64,000 bases of DNA from Alphaproteobacteria bacterium (GCA_965248835.1 CBDFLJ010000001.1:1024001-1088000); one strand, 5' to 3'; shown: positions 44,074-54,526, numbered from the stretch's first letter. Numbers and translations are program-made. Notes: generated by a model not told the origin, from the sequence alone.

Positions 44074-44598
44074 ATGGGGGGTGTCATCCGCGCGTACAAC
44101 GCGCTCATCAACCTGCTGCGCTTCCTTGCCGGCGTCATCGTCTTCGGCATCTTCGTGCTGATCTGTGTCGACGTGCTACTCCGGCTGTTCGGCGGCTATG
44201 TCGGCATGCAGCCCTGGACCTACTCGGTGCCGGTGGTCGAATACGGCCTCCTGTGGTTCGCCATGCTGGCCGCCCCCTACCTGGTGCGGATCAAGGGCCA
44301 CGTCTTCATCGCGGCGCTGACCGAAATCGTCCCGCCTCGGGTGCGATGGGGAATGGCCAAGCTCTCCTATCTGGGCTGCATCGTCGCGGCCTGCATCTTC
44401 GCCTGGTACTCCTGGGGCGTGCTGCTGGAGGCGATGCAGCGCGGGACGCTCGACATCCGCGCCGAGGAGATCCCGCTCTGGTACCTGCTCCTCCCGATGC
44501 CGTTCTGCTTCGCGCTGGTGGCGGTCGAGTTTGGCCGCTATCTGATCGGCATCGATTCCATGTACGGGGACCGGACCGAGGTGCAGGAGAACGTCTGA
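44074..44598 (+). CDS. dctQ: TRAP transporter small permease DctQ
   Basis: Four TMs, DVLLR, EYGLLW..MLAAPYL...GHV. Confidence 0.9.
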   Translation: MGGVIRAYNALINLLRFLAGVIVFGIFVLICVDVLLRLFGGYVGMQPWTYSVPVVEYGLLWFAMLAAPYLVRIKGHVFIAALTEIVPPRVRWGMAKLSYLGCIVAACIFAWYSWGVLLEAMQRGTLDIRAEEIPLWYLLLPMPFCFALVAVEFGRYLIGIDSMYGDRTEVQENV

Positions 44599-44600
44599 CC

Positions 44601-45914
44601 GTGGAGTGGTACTGGGCATTCATTCTACTGCTCGGACTGATCGTCGGCATGATGGCGCTCGGCATGCCGGTCGCGTTCGCATTCCTGTCGACCAACATCC
44701 TGGGCTGGGTCTACTTCAACGACTGGAACCTCAACGTGCTGCCGCAGGTGGTCGACAACTCGACCGTCCTGATCAGCCGGTTCACCCTGGGCCCGGTCCC
44801 GATGTTCATCATGATGGGCTCGCTGTTCTTCCATACCGGGCTCGCGATACGGGTGTTCGATGGTCTGGAGGTGCTGTTCGGTCGGCTGCCCGGCCGGCTG
44901 TGCTTCCTGACAGTCGCCGGCGGCACGATCTTCTCCACCCTGACCGGTTCGTCGATGGCCAACACCGCCATGCTGGGCTCGCTGATGGTGCCGGAGATGC
45001 AGCGCCGCGGCTACAGCCGGCGCATGTCGATGGGCCCGATCCTGGGCACCGGCGGGCTTGCCATGATCATCCCGCCGTCCGCGCTCGGCGTGCTGCTGGC
45101 CAGCGTCGCCAGCATCGATGTCGGCAAGCTGCTGATCGCGGGGTTCATCCCGGGCTTCACCCTGGCCTTGCTCTATGCCGGCATGATCCTCCTGCAGCTT
45201 TGGCTTTTGCCGGGCTCGGCGCCGGCCTACGACGTCGAGCGGACCACCTGGGGCGAAAAGGCACGGGTCGTTGCCACCAACATCCTGCCGATGAGCTTCG
45301 TCATCTTCATGGTGATCGGCTTCATCATCTTCGGCTGGGCGACGCCCACGGAGGCCGCGGCGATCGGCGTGCTGTCCGTGATGATCCTGGCCGCCGCCTA
45401 CCGACGGCTGACCGTCGCGGCGATCTTCGTCGCCGTCGACGCCACCTTGAAGGTCGGTGCGATGGTGTTCTTCATCCTGATGAACTCCACCGTGTTCAGC
45501 CAGCTTCTCGCGTTCTCGGGCGCCAGCCAGGGGATGCTCGAATGGGTGACCGGCTTCGAGGTCCACCGGCTGACCATCCTGTTTGCGATGTTCTGCGTCC
45601 TGCTCTTCCTCGGCATGTTCATGGACGCCACCTCGATGATGCTGATCACGGTACCGATCTTCTTCCCGCTGGCGAACTTGCTCGGCTTCGACCTGATCTG
45701 GTTCGGCCTGTTCGTGCTCATCACCATCGAGATGGCGGGCACCACGCCGCCCTTCGGGCTTTTGCTCTACGTCATGATGGGGGTCGCGCCGAAGGGTACC
45801 ACGCTTGTCCACGTGGCGAGCGCGGCCGCGCCGTTCCTGGTGTGCGACACGGTGCTCATCCTGATCTTGGTCGCGTTCCCGCCGCTCGCGCTTTGGCTGC
45901 CGAGCCTGATGTGA
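44601..45914 (+). CDS. dctM: TRAP transporter large permease DctM
   Basis: GMPVAFA, PMFIMMG, GSSMAN, IIPPS, TPTEAA, TPPFG; GTG start. Confidence 0.95.
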   Translation: MEWYWAFILLLGLIVGMMALGMPVAFAFLSTNILGWVYFNDWNLNVLPQVVDNSTVLISRFTLGPVPMFIMMGSLFFHTGLAIRVFDGLEVLFGRLPGRLCFLTVAGGTIFSTLTGSSMANTAMLGSLMVPEMQRRGYSRRMSMGPILGTGGLAMIIPPSALGVLLASVASIDVGKLLIAGFIPGFTLALLYAGMILLQLWLLPGSAPAYDVERTTWGEKARVVATNILPMSFVIFMVIGFIIFGWATPTEAAAIGVLSVMILAAAYRRLTVAAIFVAVDATLKVGAMVFFILMNSTVFSQLLAFSGASQGMLEWVTGFEVHRLTILFAMFCVLLFLGMFMDATSMMLITVPIFFPLANLLGFDLIWFGLFVLITIEMAGTTPPFGLLLYVMMGVAPKGTTLVHVASAAAPFLVCDTVLILILVAFPPLALWLPSLM

Positions 45915-45977
45915 GCGGCCGAAGCCGGCGAGGCACGCGCCCGTTCCGGCGTGAGCCCGATCGCCAGGCTTCCAGCC

Positions 45978-46084
45978 ATGCAGCGCTTCGGACTTATCCT
46001 GTTCATCGCGGTCTCGCAGTTCGCCGGGACCGTGATGCATGTGATGGTCGGCGTGACGCTGCCGACGGTGGGGCGCGAACTGGG
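45978..46084 (+). pseudogene. MFS transporter first-helix remnant
   Basis: MQRFGLILFIAVSQFAGTVMHVMVGVTLPTVGRELG resembles an EmrB/QacA-type start; similarity ends abruptly. Confidence 0.55.
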
Positions 46085-46180
46085 GAGAACCTGTTCACGA
46101 TCATGGGGCCGTCCAGCCCCTCGGTGCTCGCCAACATGGTTTCCGCTATCGAGCAGCACGTCGAGTGGATTGCCGGCTGC
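46085..46180 (+). pseudogene. Baeyer-Villiger (cyclohexanone-type) monooxygenase internal fragment
   Basis: ENLFTIMGPSSPSVLANMVSAIEQHVEWIAGC matches the conserved BVMO segment PNLFxITGPGSPSVLxNMxxxIEQHVEWI. Confidence 0.75.
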
Positions 46181-46725
46181 CGAGCGCACGCGGCAGGCCG
46201 TAGCCGGAAAGTCATTCCCCGGTTCTTCAACGGACGGCGCGGCAGGCTTCGCGGCTTCGAAGCACGGCCCAGACGATCCTTGCGTTCCTGTCCGGACAAC
46301 GTCGCTTCTTCGACCGCACGAAGCCGCTGCCTGATGGCAGCGGAGCTCGTGGACAGAGCGCCCGCAGGGCTGGATCGGCGCGGGTGCCCCCGAGTGTGAT
46401 TGGATTATTCCGGCAAGCAACAAGCCGCAGCGGCACAAAAACTCTCGGCAATTCAGAAGGTCGCAACGGATCAGACCGGGATTTCGATCAAATGTCGGTC
46501 TCGGTGGTTGCGAGCCCCCGCAATCGGCTCACAAGATCGATCTGGTAATGCGCGCCGATAAGCTTCTTGCTGGGGTGCGGCGTTTTCTTCTCAATGCCGC
46601 CCGCGCCACCCGAAAAGTCAGCATCACCGTCGCCGTGCGCGCCACTGCGCCGGATCAAGGCGAGCGTGCATTGTGTGAAAACACTCCGCGAACCCGACCG
46701 CTTCGGAGGCTGCCGTCCGGAAAGC

Positions 46726-46977
46726 TCAGGCGGCCCCGGCAAGAAGCTTCACGGTCTTCCGGGCGGTGTGCCCGGCATTTCGCATGACAACCTCAAGCTC
46801 GTAATGGGATTGGAGGTTGAGCTGGAATGAAGCGGACACGCCGAAGGCCCGCTCCAGCCTGAGCGCGGTATCGGCCGTGATGCCGCGCCGACCGCGCATG
46901 ATGCCGCTGAAGCGGTTTTGCGCAATGCCGTCGGCGCTGAATGCATAGGGCTCGATGAAATCCTCGTGGAGGGTCAC
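46726..46977 (-). pseudogene. HigA-family antitoxin (XRE HTH), degenerate
   Basis: LHEDFIEP...RGRRGITADTALRLERAFGVSASFQLNLQSHYEL; lacks the HPGE start and part of the HTH; no toxin nearby. Confidence 0.75.
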
Positions 46978-47271
46978 GCCCGCAGACCATGCCCGATCAT
47001 CGGCGATGTTCGTTCTCGATTCCCGTGACCGGAGGGTCGCTTCGTCAACACGTGCTGCGGGACGACGGCGGGCGGGAGGAGGCCGGGGCTCGGCGCGCGC
47101 GTCTGTCGGGAAACCTTCGAAGGCGATGAAACTCCGGGCACCTTCCGAGGATCAGATCGCGATCACAAGCGAATGTCGGTTTCGGTCATTGCGGGCCGGT
47201 CCCGCCGGCACGGCTGGCGCCTTGCTGCGAATTCGGTGATGCTTGGGGTGCAGGCAGGAAGGACGGCGCGC

Positions 47272-48321
47272 ATGAAATTCGGGATCTTCGATCACGTCGA
47301 CCGCTCGGACAGAGCCCTGGTCGACCAGCTCGACGGGCGGCTTGCGTTCCTGGCCGCCGCCGACGCGGCGGGGTTCTACGGCTATCACGTCGCCGAGCAT
47401 CACGCCACGCCGCTCAACATGGTCCCGGTGCCCGGCGTCTATCTCGGCGCGGTGGCCAACGCCACAAGCCGGATCAGACTCGGGCCGATGACCTATCTGC
47501 TGCCGCTCTATTCGCCGCTCCGGCTGATCGAGGAGATCTGCATTCTCGACCATCTCAGCCACGGCCGGCTCGAGGTCGGCGTCGGGCGCGGCGTCTCGCC
47601 GTTCGAGCTCAATTTCCACAACATCAGCGCCGAGACCTCGCGCGCGGTCTTCCAAGACGCGTTCGCCGCCATCACCAGCGGCTTGACCGGCAGGACGCTC
47701 GACCACGCGGGCGAGCATTACAGCTATTCGGACGTGCCGATGGAGCTGGCCCCCTATCAGCGCCCCCACCCGCCGTTCTGGTACCCGTCGTCGAACCCGG
47801 AAAGCAGCGCCTGGTCGGGATCGGCCGGGCTCAACTTCCTCACCCTCGGGCCCGCGGCGGCGGCCGGCAGGTGCATCGCCGCCTACAAGGAGGCCTATGC
47901 CGGGCGCGGCGCGCCGTCCGGCCCCGCGCTCGACTTTCCCGGCGGGACCGCGATCGGCGTGAACCGCCACGTCGTGATCGCCGAGACCGATGCGGATGCC
48001 CTCAGGATCGCCGCACCGGCTTACGAGCGCTGGTACGCCAGCCTGATAAAGCTCTGGGTCGACAACAACATGCCGGGCCCGGCGTTCGCGCGGACGACCA
48101 ACGGCGAGGTCACCGCGGCGATCGCCGAGGGCTCGGTCATCGTCGGCTCGCCCGGGACGGTGCGGGCCCGGATCGCCGAGCAGATCGATGCGCTGGGGGT
48201 CAACTACTTCACGCTCGCCTTCTATTTCGGCGCGATCGCGCACGAGGACGCCATGCGATCGCTTAGCCTGTTCGCCCGCGAGGTCATGCCGGCCTTCGAG
48301 GCGGACGGCGCAGCCGCCTGA
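47272..48321 (+). CDS. LLM-class flavin-dependent oxidoreductase
   Basis: MKFGIFDH, AEHH, LPLYSPLRLIEEICILDHLSHGRLEVGVGRG, PYQRPHPP. Confidence 0.94.
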   Translation: MKFGIFDHVDRSDRALVDQLDGRLAFLAAADAAGFYGYHVAEHHATPLNMVPVPGVYLGAVANATSRIRLGPMTYLLPLYSPLRLIEEICILDHLSHGRLEVGVGRGVSPFELNFHNISAETSRAVFQDAFAAITSGLTGRTLDHAGEHYSYSDVPMELAPYQRPHPPFWYPSSNPESSAWSGSAGLNFLTLGPAAAAGRCIAAYKEAYAGRGAPSGPALDFPGGTAIGVNRHVVIAETDADALRIAAPAYERWYASLIKLWVDNNMPGPAFARTTNGEVTAAIAEGSVIVGSPGTVRARIAEQIDALGVNYFTLAFYFGAIAHEDAMRSLSLFAREVMPAFEADGAAA

Positions 48322-48352
48322 TACTGCCGGTCCAGCCGGTTCGCAACCGGCT

Positions 48353-49084
48353 TCAGCCCGCCGCCGCATCCAACGCATCGCCCAAATGGCAGATGCCGTT
48401 GAAATAGGTTTCCCACACCACCAGGTTGCGGCGGCAGGACTCCACGACCGCATCGACCAGCTTGAGCTCCTCGGCGTAGCGCGCCACGGTCTGCCAGCCG
48501 AGTTCGGAGTGCTCCCGGTCGGCCTCGGTGTGCAGCGTGAAGAACCTGACATCGTCCTCGCCGAGGTCCCAGATCTCCTGCCAGATGCGCCCGACCATGG
48601 CGTTCCAGCCCTTTTCCCTGGCCTCGCCGGTCCCGTAGCCCGGCACGTTGACCCGCTCCGAGCAGGTGTTGGCGATCAGCCCGAGCAGCCAGTGGCAGTT
48701 CGCCATCAAGCCCATCCAGGCGTCCCAGCAGAGCTGCGTCGTCGGCGTCGGCGCCGCGCTCTGGATCGCCTGCCGGTCCATGCCGATGCGCACGCCGAGA
48801 TCCTCGAGAATCTTCCAGTGCGGCTCGCCGCCGCCGAATTCATGGTCGGCGATGATCTCCTGCGCGCAGGCCTCGATAATGTCGAGCTTGACCTCCCAGA
48901 TCGGGCAGTTGGTCGCCGTCTTGAGCTTGAGCACCGAATTGCGCTGGCGCGAGTTCAGCCGGTGCTGCAGCACCCAGGCGCGGCAGCGGTTCGGTGTCCA
49001 GGCGTCTTCCCGGAAGATCAGGCACCGGCCGACAAAGTCGTTGAGCTCCGCATCCAGCCGTCCGACGACCGATCGGTTTGGCAT
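48353..49084 (-). CDS. heme-oxygenase-like iron-containing redox enzyme (TenA/PqqC/CADD-like fold)
   Basis: QEIIADHEFGGGEPH, central SE, FFTLHTEADREHS match the E..H / E / H..D..H diiron ligand pattern. Confidence 0.75.
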   Translation of the reverse strand: MPNRSVVGRLDAELNDFVGRCLIFREDAWTPNRCRAWVLQHRLNSRQRNSVLKLKTATNCPIWEVKLDIIEACAQEIIADHEFGGGEPHWKILEDLGVRIGMDRQAIQSAAPTPTTQLCWDAWMGLMANCHWLLGLIANTCSERVNVPGYGTGEAREKGWNAMVGRIWQEIWDLGEDDVRFFTLHTEADREHSELGWQTVARYAEELKLVDAVVESCRRNLVVWETYFNGICHLGDALDAAAG

Positions 49085-49233
49085 CGCCAAGTCCCTGCGC
49101 GAACAAACCGCCACTGTAGGTGCCGGCCGAAGGCGCGTCCATCCGGGCGGGGCGGCTTGCGGCGCCTTGCGGCAGATGCCACGATTGCCGGTGCGGCGCG
49201 GTCGACAGCGCCGTCGATGGCTGGGAGGATCGC

Positions 49234-49407
49234 ATGAAGTCGGCTCGTCTTGCCGTCTTGGCGCTCGCCGTCGGCGCCGGTCTGCCATCGACGGCCGCGG
49301 CCGTCGATGCCGTCACGCTGAAATTTCTGACTGCCTGGAACAAGCGCTCCGCGCCCCATGTCAGAAAGCTGCGCGAGATCGCCCGCAAGGCCGGTCTCGC
49401 GGAGTAG
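49234..49407 (+). pseudogene. internally deleted TRAP DctP-like stub
   Basis: 57 aa: signal peptide and AVTLKFLTAWNKR joined to SAPHVRKLREIARKAGLAE*, followed by a terminator. Confidence 0.55.
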
Positions 49408-49432
49408 ACCCGCGCGGCTTGCGGCGTCAGGA

Positions 49433-49456
49433 AAGGGGGCGCTTCGGCCCCCTTCT
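49433..49456 (+). terminator. intrinsic terminator-like hairpin
   Basis: AAGGGGGC-GCTTCG-GCCCCCTT. Confidence 0.65.
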
Positions 49457-49474
49457 CATTCGGGAGGCCGATGA

Positions 49475-49966
49475 ATGAAACTCGAAGGATCCTGCCATTG
49501 CGGCGCGGTGCGCTTCTCGGTCAATTCGCGCACCCCCTATCCGTTCAACCACTGCTATTGCTCGAAATGCCGCAAGACCGGCGGCGGCGGATACGGCATC
49601 AACATCATGGGCGAGCACGCGACGCTGACGGTGAGCGGCGGCGAGAACATCTCGGTCTACCGCTCGGCCAACAACCACCGCGGCCTCTACGAGGAGGACG
49701 GGCTCGGCTACTCGCGGCGCAGCTTCTGCAAGACCTGCGGGACGCCGTTGTGGATCTACAACCCGCGCTACCCGGACGCCGTCTACCCGTGCGCCACCGC
49801 GATCGACACGCCGCTGCCCGCAGCGCCTGCGCGCACCCACCACATGCTGGGCTACAGGGCACATTGGGTCCCGGTGCCCGAGGGCCCGAACAACACCCGC
49901 CACGAGTTCTACCCCGACGAAGGGATCGAGCAGTGGCACCGCCGGCTCGGGCTCTACGAGGAATAG
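49475..49966 (+). CDS. GFA/CENP-V family zinc protein
   Basis: GSCHCGAVRF, CYCSKCRK, RSFCKTCGTPL. Confidence 0.92.
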   Translation: MKLEGSCHCGAVRFSVNSRTPYPFNHCYCSKCRKTGGGGYGINIMGEHATLTVSGGENISVYRSANNHRGLYEEDGLGYSRRSFCKTCGTPLWIYNPRYPDAVYPCATAIDTPLPAAPARTHHMLGYRAHWVPVPEGPNNTRHEFYPDEGIEQWHRRLGLYEE

Positions 49967-50026
49967 GATTCGCAACAGCGGGCGTCGGAACGGCCGGCTA
50001 AACGCCGCGCTGTCGAACCGGCTCGA

Positions 50027-51058
50027 TCAGGCTGCGCCGCGCGCCGCCTGTTCGCCGGCGAGGCGGTCCAGGATGCGGCGCGCCTCCAGCCCGCCGGCAT
50101 CGCCGTTGATGTCGACCCCGGCCCAGCCCGGTGCGCGCCCCAGCGCCGCCTGCTGTGCCTCCAGCACCGCCTTGTCCTCCATGAACGCCTGGTGCACCTG
50201 CTCGTAGAGCAGGTCGGTAACCGCCGGCTGATCGATGTTGAAGTTGTGCGCATCGGCCCAGAAATAGTGCACGGAGGTTGCGGTCTCCGGGGTGATCGCG
50301 TTCAGGCTGCGCCGCTCGAAACCCTTGCTGCGGTCGCCGTCGCGGGCGCCGCTGCCGGTCGGCGCCCCGCCCAAATCGAGCTTGACGAAGCACGGCGGGG
50401 CGAAGTCGATGATCTGCCAGCGGTCGATATTGGTCGTGAAGTCCATCAGCTTGCCGTACATCGGCGGGGCCGGCACGTCGATCATCCAGCGCGTCACCCG
50501 CACGCCCGGGCCATGGCGCTCGGTCCTGACCTCGGCGGCCTCGACCACAGCGGCGTTGCCGAGCGTCGTCTGGTGCACGAAGCTCAGATGCGAAAGATCG
50601 AGCAGGTTGTCGACCGCCAGGCGATAGTCGCAGCCCATCGGGATGCGGCTGCCGCGGGCCCGCCATGCCGGGTCGTCGAGCTCGTGGAAATCCGCGATCA
50701 GCGCCGCGTCGGCGCCGTCGGCGGCGCCCATCCAGATCCATACCCAGCCCCAGCGCTCGGCGACCGGGTAGGACCGCACCCGGGCGCCGGGCGGCACCGC
50801 GGACTGGCCCGGCACCTCGACGCAGGTTCCGTCCGGCGCGAAGACCAGGCCGTGATAGCCGCATCGCAGCCGGTCGCCGTCAGCTTCGCCCATCGACAGC
50901 GGAAGCTGCCGATGGCAGCACCGGTCCTCCAGCGCGATCACCTGGCCTCGGGCGCCGCGGTAGAGCACCACCGGCTGGTCGAGGAACGTGCGGGCAAGCG
51001 GCGCCTCGGAGACCTCATCGGACCACGCCGCGACATACCAATAGTCCTTCAGGAACAT
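50027..51058 (-). CDS. Rieske oxygenase alpha subunit (vanillate O-demethylase VanA-like)
   Basis: MFLKDYWYVAAW, DRCCHR..LS.G...CGYHGL, DNLLDLSHLSFVH, ITPET, FMEDK. Confidence 0.93.
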   Translation of the reverse strand: MFLKDYWYVAAWSDEVSEAPLARTFLDQPVVLYRGARGQVIALEDRCCHRQLPLSMGEADGDRLRCGYHGLVFAPDGTCVEVPGQSAVPPGARVRSYPVAERWGWVWIWMGAADGADAALIADFHELDDPAWRARGSRIPMGCDYRLAVDNLLDLSHLSFVHQTTLGNAAVVEAAEVRTERHGPGVRVTRWMIDVPAPPMYGKLMDFTTNIDRWQIIDFAPPCFVKLDLGGAPTGSGARDGDRSKGFERRSLNAITPETATSVHYFWADAHNFNIDQPAVTDLLYEQVHQAFMEDKAVLEAQQAALGRAPGWAGVDINGDAGGLEARRILDRLAGEQAARGAA

Positions 51059-51082
51059 TGCACCCTCCCGGGGCCTATGCGT

Positions 51083-52141
51083 TCAGGAGATGTCCATCAC
51101 CGTAATCCACACCGTCCGCCGCCGGCCCTGGTTTACGACGGTCAGTTCGACCTGGGTACCGATGCCGGCCTGGGCGAACTCGCTGGCGAGATCGGACACC
51201 GACCGGACCGCCACACCGTTGACCTTGGTGATGATGTCGCCGAGCAGCCGGCGCTCGAGATTCGCCGGCAGCAGCCCGGCCTGCTCGGCCGAGGAGCCGG
51301 GCAGGACGCGGCTCACCACCAGCCCGGTCACGCCGAGCCGCGCGACCGTCTCCTCGCCCATCACGACGATCCCGATCCCCGGACGCGGCACCTTCCCGTC
51401 GCGGATCAGCCGCGGGACGATCCGGTTGACGATATCGACCGGGACCGCGAACCCGATCCCCGACGATGCGCCGGTATCGGACAGGATCGCGGTGTTGACC
51501 CCGATCAGCCGCCCCGCGGAATCGAGCAGCGGCCCGCCGGAGTTCCCCGGGTTGATCGCTGCATCGGTCTGGATGACGCCGCGCACCTCGCGGTCGCTGG
51601 CCGTCGGCAGCCGCCGGTTGAGCGCGCTGATCACGCCGGCGGTCAGCGTCCGCGAAAGCCCGAACGGGTTGCCGATGGCAAAGACCGACTGGCCGACCCG
51701 GAGATCGGCCGAGGTGCCGACCGGGATCGGGCGCAGCGCGGTCCGCGTCTCGGACAGCCGCACCACGGCCAGGTCGTAGTCGGGCGCGGTGCCGACGACC
51801 GCCGCGCCGACGGCTTTGCCGTCGTCGAGCCGGACGTTGACCTCCCGGGCGCCTTCGACGACATGGAAATTGGTCACCACATGGCCGGCCCGGTCCCACA
51901 TCAGGCCCGAACCTGCGCCGCTGCCGCCGCTGCCGCTGGTGAAGATGTAAACCACCGAGGGTGCGGCGGTCTCGAACAGCGCGACGGTGGAGGCCTCCAT
52001 CGCGGCGAGATCGCCGCGCGGGGTGACCGCGCGCGGCACCTCGGCGGTCAGGAACACGTCGCGCACGAACCGGTCGGCGACATAGATCGTCGCCAGGATC
52101 AGGATCCAGATGGCGGCGAACAGTCCCCAGCGCCGGTTCAT
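51083..52141 (-). CDS. trypsin-like serine protease with one PDZ domain (HtrA/Deg family)
   Basis: N-terminal TM, VTNFHVV, DLAV, IQTDAAINPGNSGGPL. Confidence 0.95.
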   Translation of the reverse strand: MNRRWGLFAAIWILILATIYVADRFVRDVFLTAEVPRAVTPRGDLAAMEASTVALFETAAPSVVYIFTSGSGGSGAGSGLMWDRAGHVVTNFHVVEGAREVNVRLDDGKAVGAAVVGTAPDYDLAVVRLSETRTALRPIPVGTSADLRVGQSVFAIGNPFGLSRTLTAGVISALNRRLPTASDREVRGVIQTDAAINPGNSGGPLLDSAGRLIGVNTAILSDTGASSGIGFAVPVDIVNRIVPRLIRDGKVPRPGIGIVVMGEETVARLGVTGLVVSRVLPGSSAEQAGLLPANLERRLLGDIITKVNGVAVRSVSDLASEFAQAGIGTQVELTVVNQGRRRTVWITVMDIS

Positions 52142-52157
52142 GTCTGCACAGCGGCGG

Positions 52158-52259
52158 TCATGACGGGGCTGCACTCATGGCGTCAGCGGTCTTCTCGGCC
52201 GACTTGATCGTCGGGATCTCGGTGGTCGCTCGCGGCACCGCGGGCGCGATCCAGGCGTC
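52158..52259 (-). pseudogene. GMC oxidoreductase C-terminal remnant
   Basis: DAWIAPAVPRATTEIPTIKSAEKTADAM resembles the GMC tail DASIMPxVPxANTNxPTIMIAEKxAD. Confidence 0.6.
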
Positions 52260-52399
52260 GCGCGCGGGCCGGTTGTACCATACACCACCCGGCCCCGGAT
52301 CGGTAACCGCACCCGACCGGAAGCGGACCCGGCGCCTTGCCGGGGCGATCCCGGCTGCATAGACTCCGGCGCCGTTTCGCGCCGCGCCGAAGGACGACC

Positions 52400-53605
<1,206 letters not shown>

Positions 53606-53614
53606 CCGGGAGCC

Positions 53615-54526
53615 TCAGAGCGGGTCCGGCGAAAGCCCGGTGACCGCCTCGGGCGGTTCGATGCCGCGGCGGCGGCAGGCGGCGATCACCGTGTTGCGCA
53701 ACAGGCAGGCGATGGTCATCGGCCCGACCCCGCCCGGCACCGGCGTGATCGCTCCGGCCACCGCGCGGGCGGCGGCGAAATCGACATCGCCGACCAGTCG
53801 GGTCTTGCCGTCCGGCGTCGGCACCCGGTTGATCCCGACATCGATGACCACGGCGCCGGGTTTGATCCAGCCGCCCTCGACCATGCCGGGCCGGCCGACG
53901 GCGGCGATCAGGATATCGGCCCGCCGGCAACGTTCGGCGAGGTCGCGGGTCCGCGAATGCGCGATGGTCACCGTGCAATGGGCCGCCAACAGGAGCAGGG
54001 CGACCGGCTTGCCGACGATGTTCGAGCGCCCGATCACCACCGCATCGAGCCCGGCAAGCCCGCCACAGGCGCCGCGCAGCAGGATCATGCAGCCCTGCGG
54101 CGTGCATGGCACCAGGGCATCGCGCCCGGCCGCGAGCCGGCCGATATTGACCGGGTGAAAGCCGTCGACATCCTTGGCCGGGTCGATCGCTTCGATCACC
54201 CGGTCGGCATCGATCCCCGCCGGCAGCGGGAGCTGGACCAGGATGCCGTCGACCGCAGGCTCGTCGTTGAGGCGGCCGACCAGCGCCAGCAGGTCGTCCT
54301 GGGTGGCGGTCGCGGCCAGCGTGTGCTCGATCGAGCGCAGTCCGGCTTCGGCGCAGGCGCGCACCTTGTTTCGGACATAGACCCGGCTCGCCGGGTCCTC
54401 GCCGACCAGCACGGTGGCAAGCCCCGGGGTGACCGCCCGGGGCTGGAGCGCCGCGACGGCCTCCGCCACCCGACCGCACAGCGTTGCGGCCTCCGCTTTG
54501 CCGTCAATCAGCGCGGCTTCGCCCAA
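53615..54526 (-). CDS. folD: bifunctional methylene-THF dehydrogenase/cyclohydrolase
   Basis: [46 protein letters not shown]; TTG start. Confidence 0.97.
   Translation of the reverse strand: MGEAALIDGKAEAATLCGRVAEAVAALQPRAVTPGLATVLVGEDPASRVYVRNKVRACAEAGLRSIEHTLAATATQDDLLALVGRLNDEPAVDGILVQLPLPAGIDADRVIEAIDPAKDVDGFHPVNIGRLAAGRDALVPCTPQGCMILLRGACGGLAGLDAVVIGRSNIVGKPVALLLLAAHCTVTIAHSRTRDLAERCRRADILIAAVGRPGMVEGGWIKPGAVVIDVGINRVPTPDGKTRLVGDVDFAAARAVAGAITPVPGGVGPMTIACLLRNTVIAACRRRGIEPPEAVTGLSPDPL

Noticed and set aside
43920-44600. DctQ-DctM fusion suggested by the 664-aa ORF
   Set aside because: DctQ is in a different frame with its own stop at 44598; DctM starts at GTG 44601
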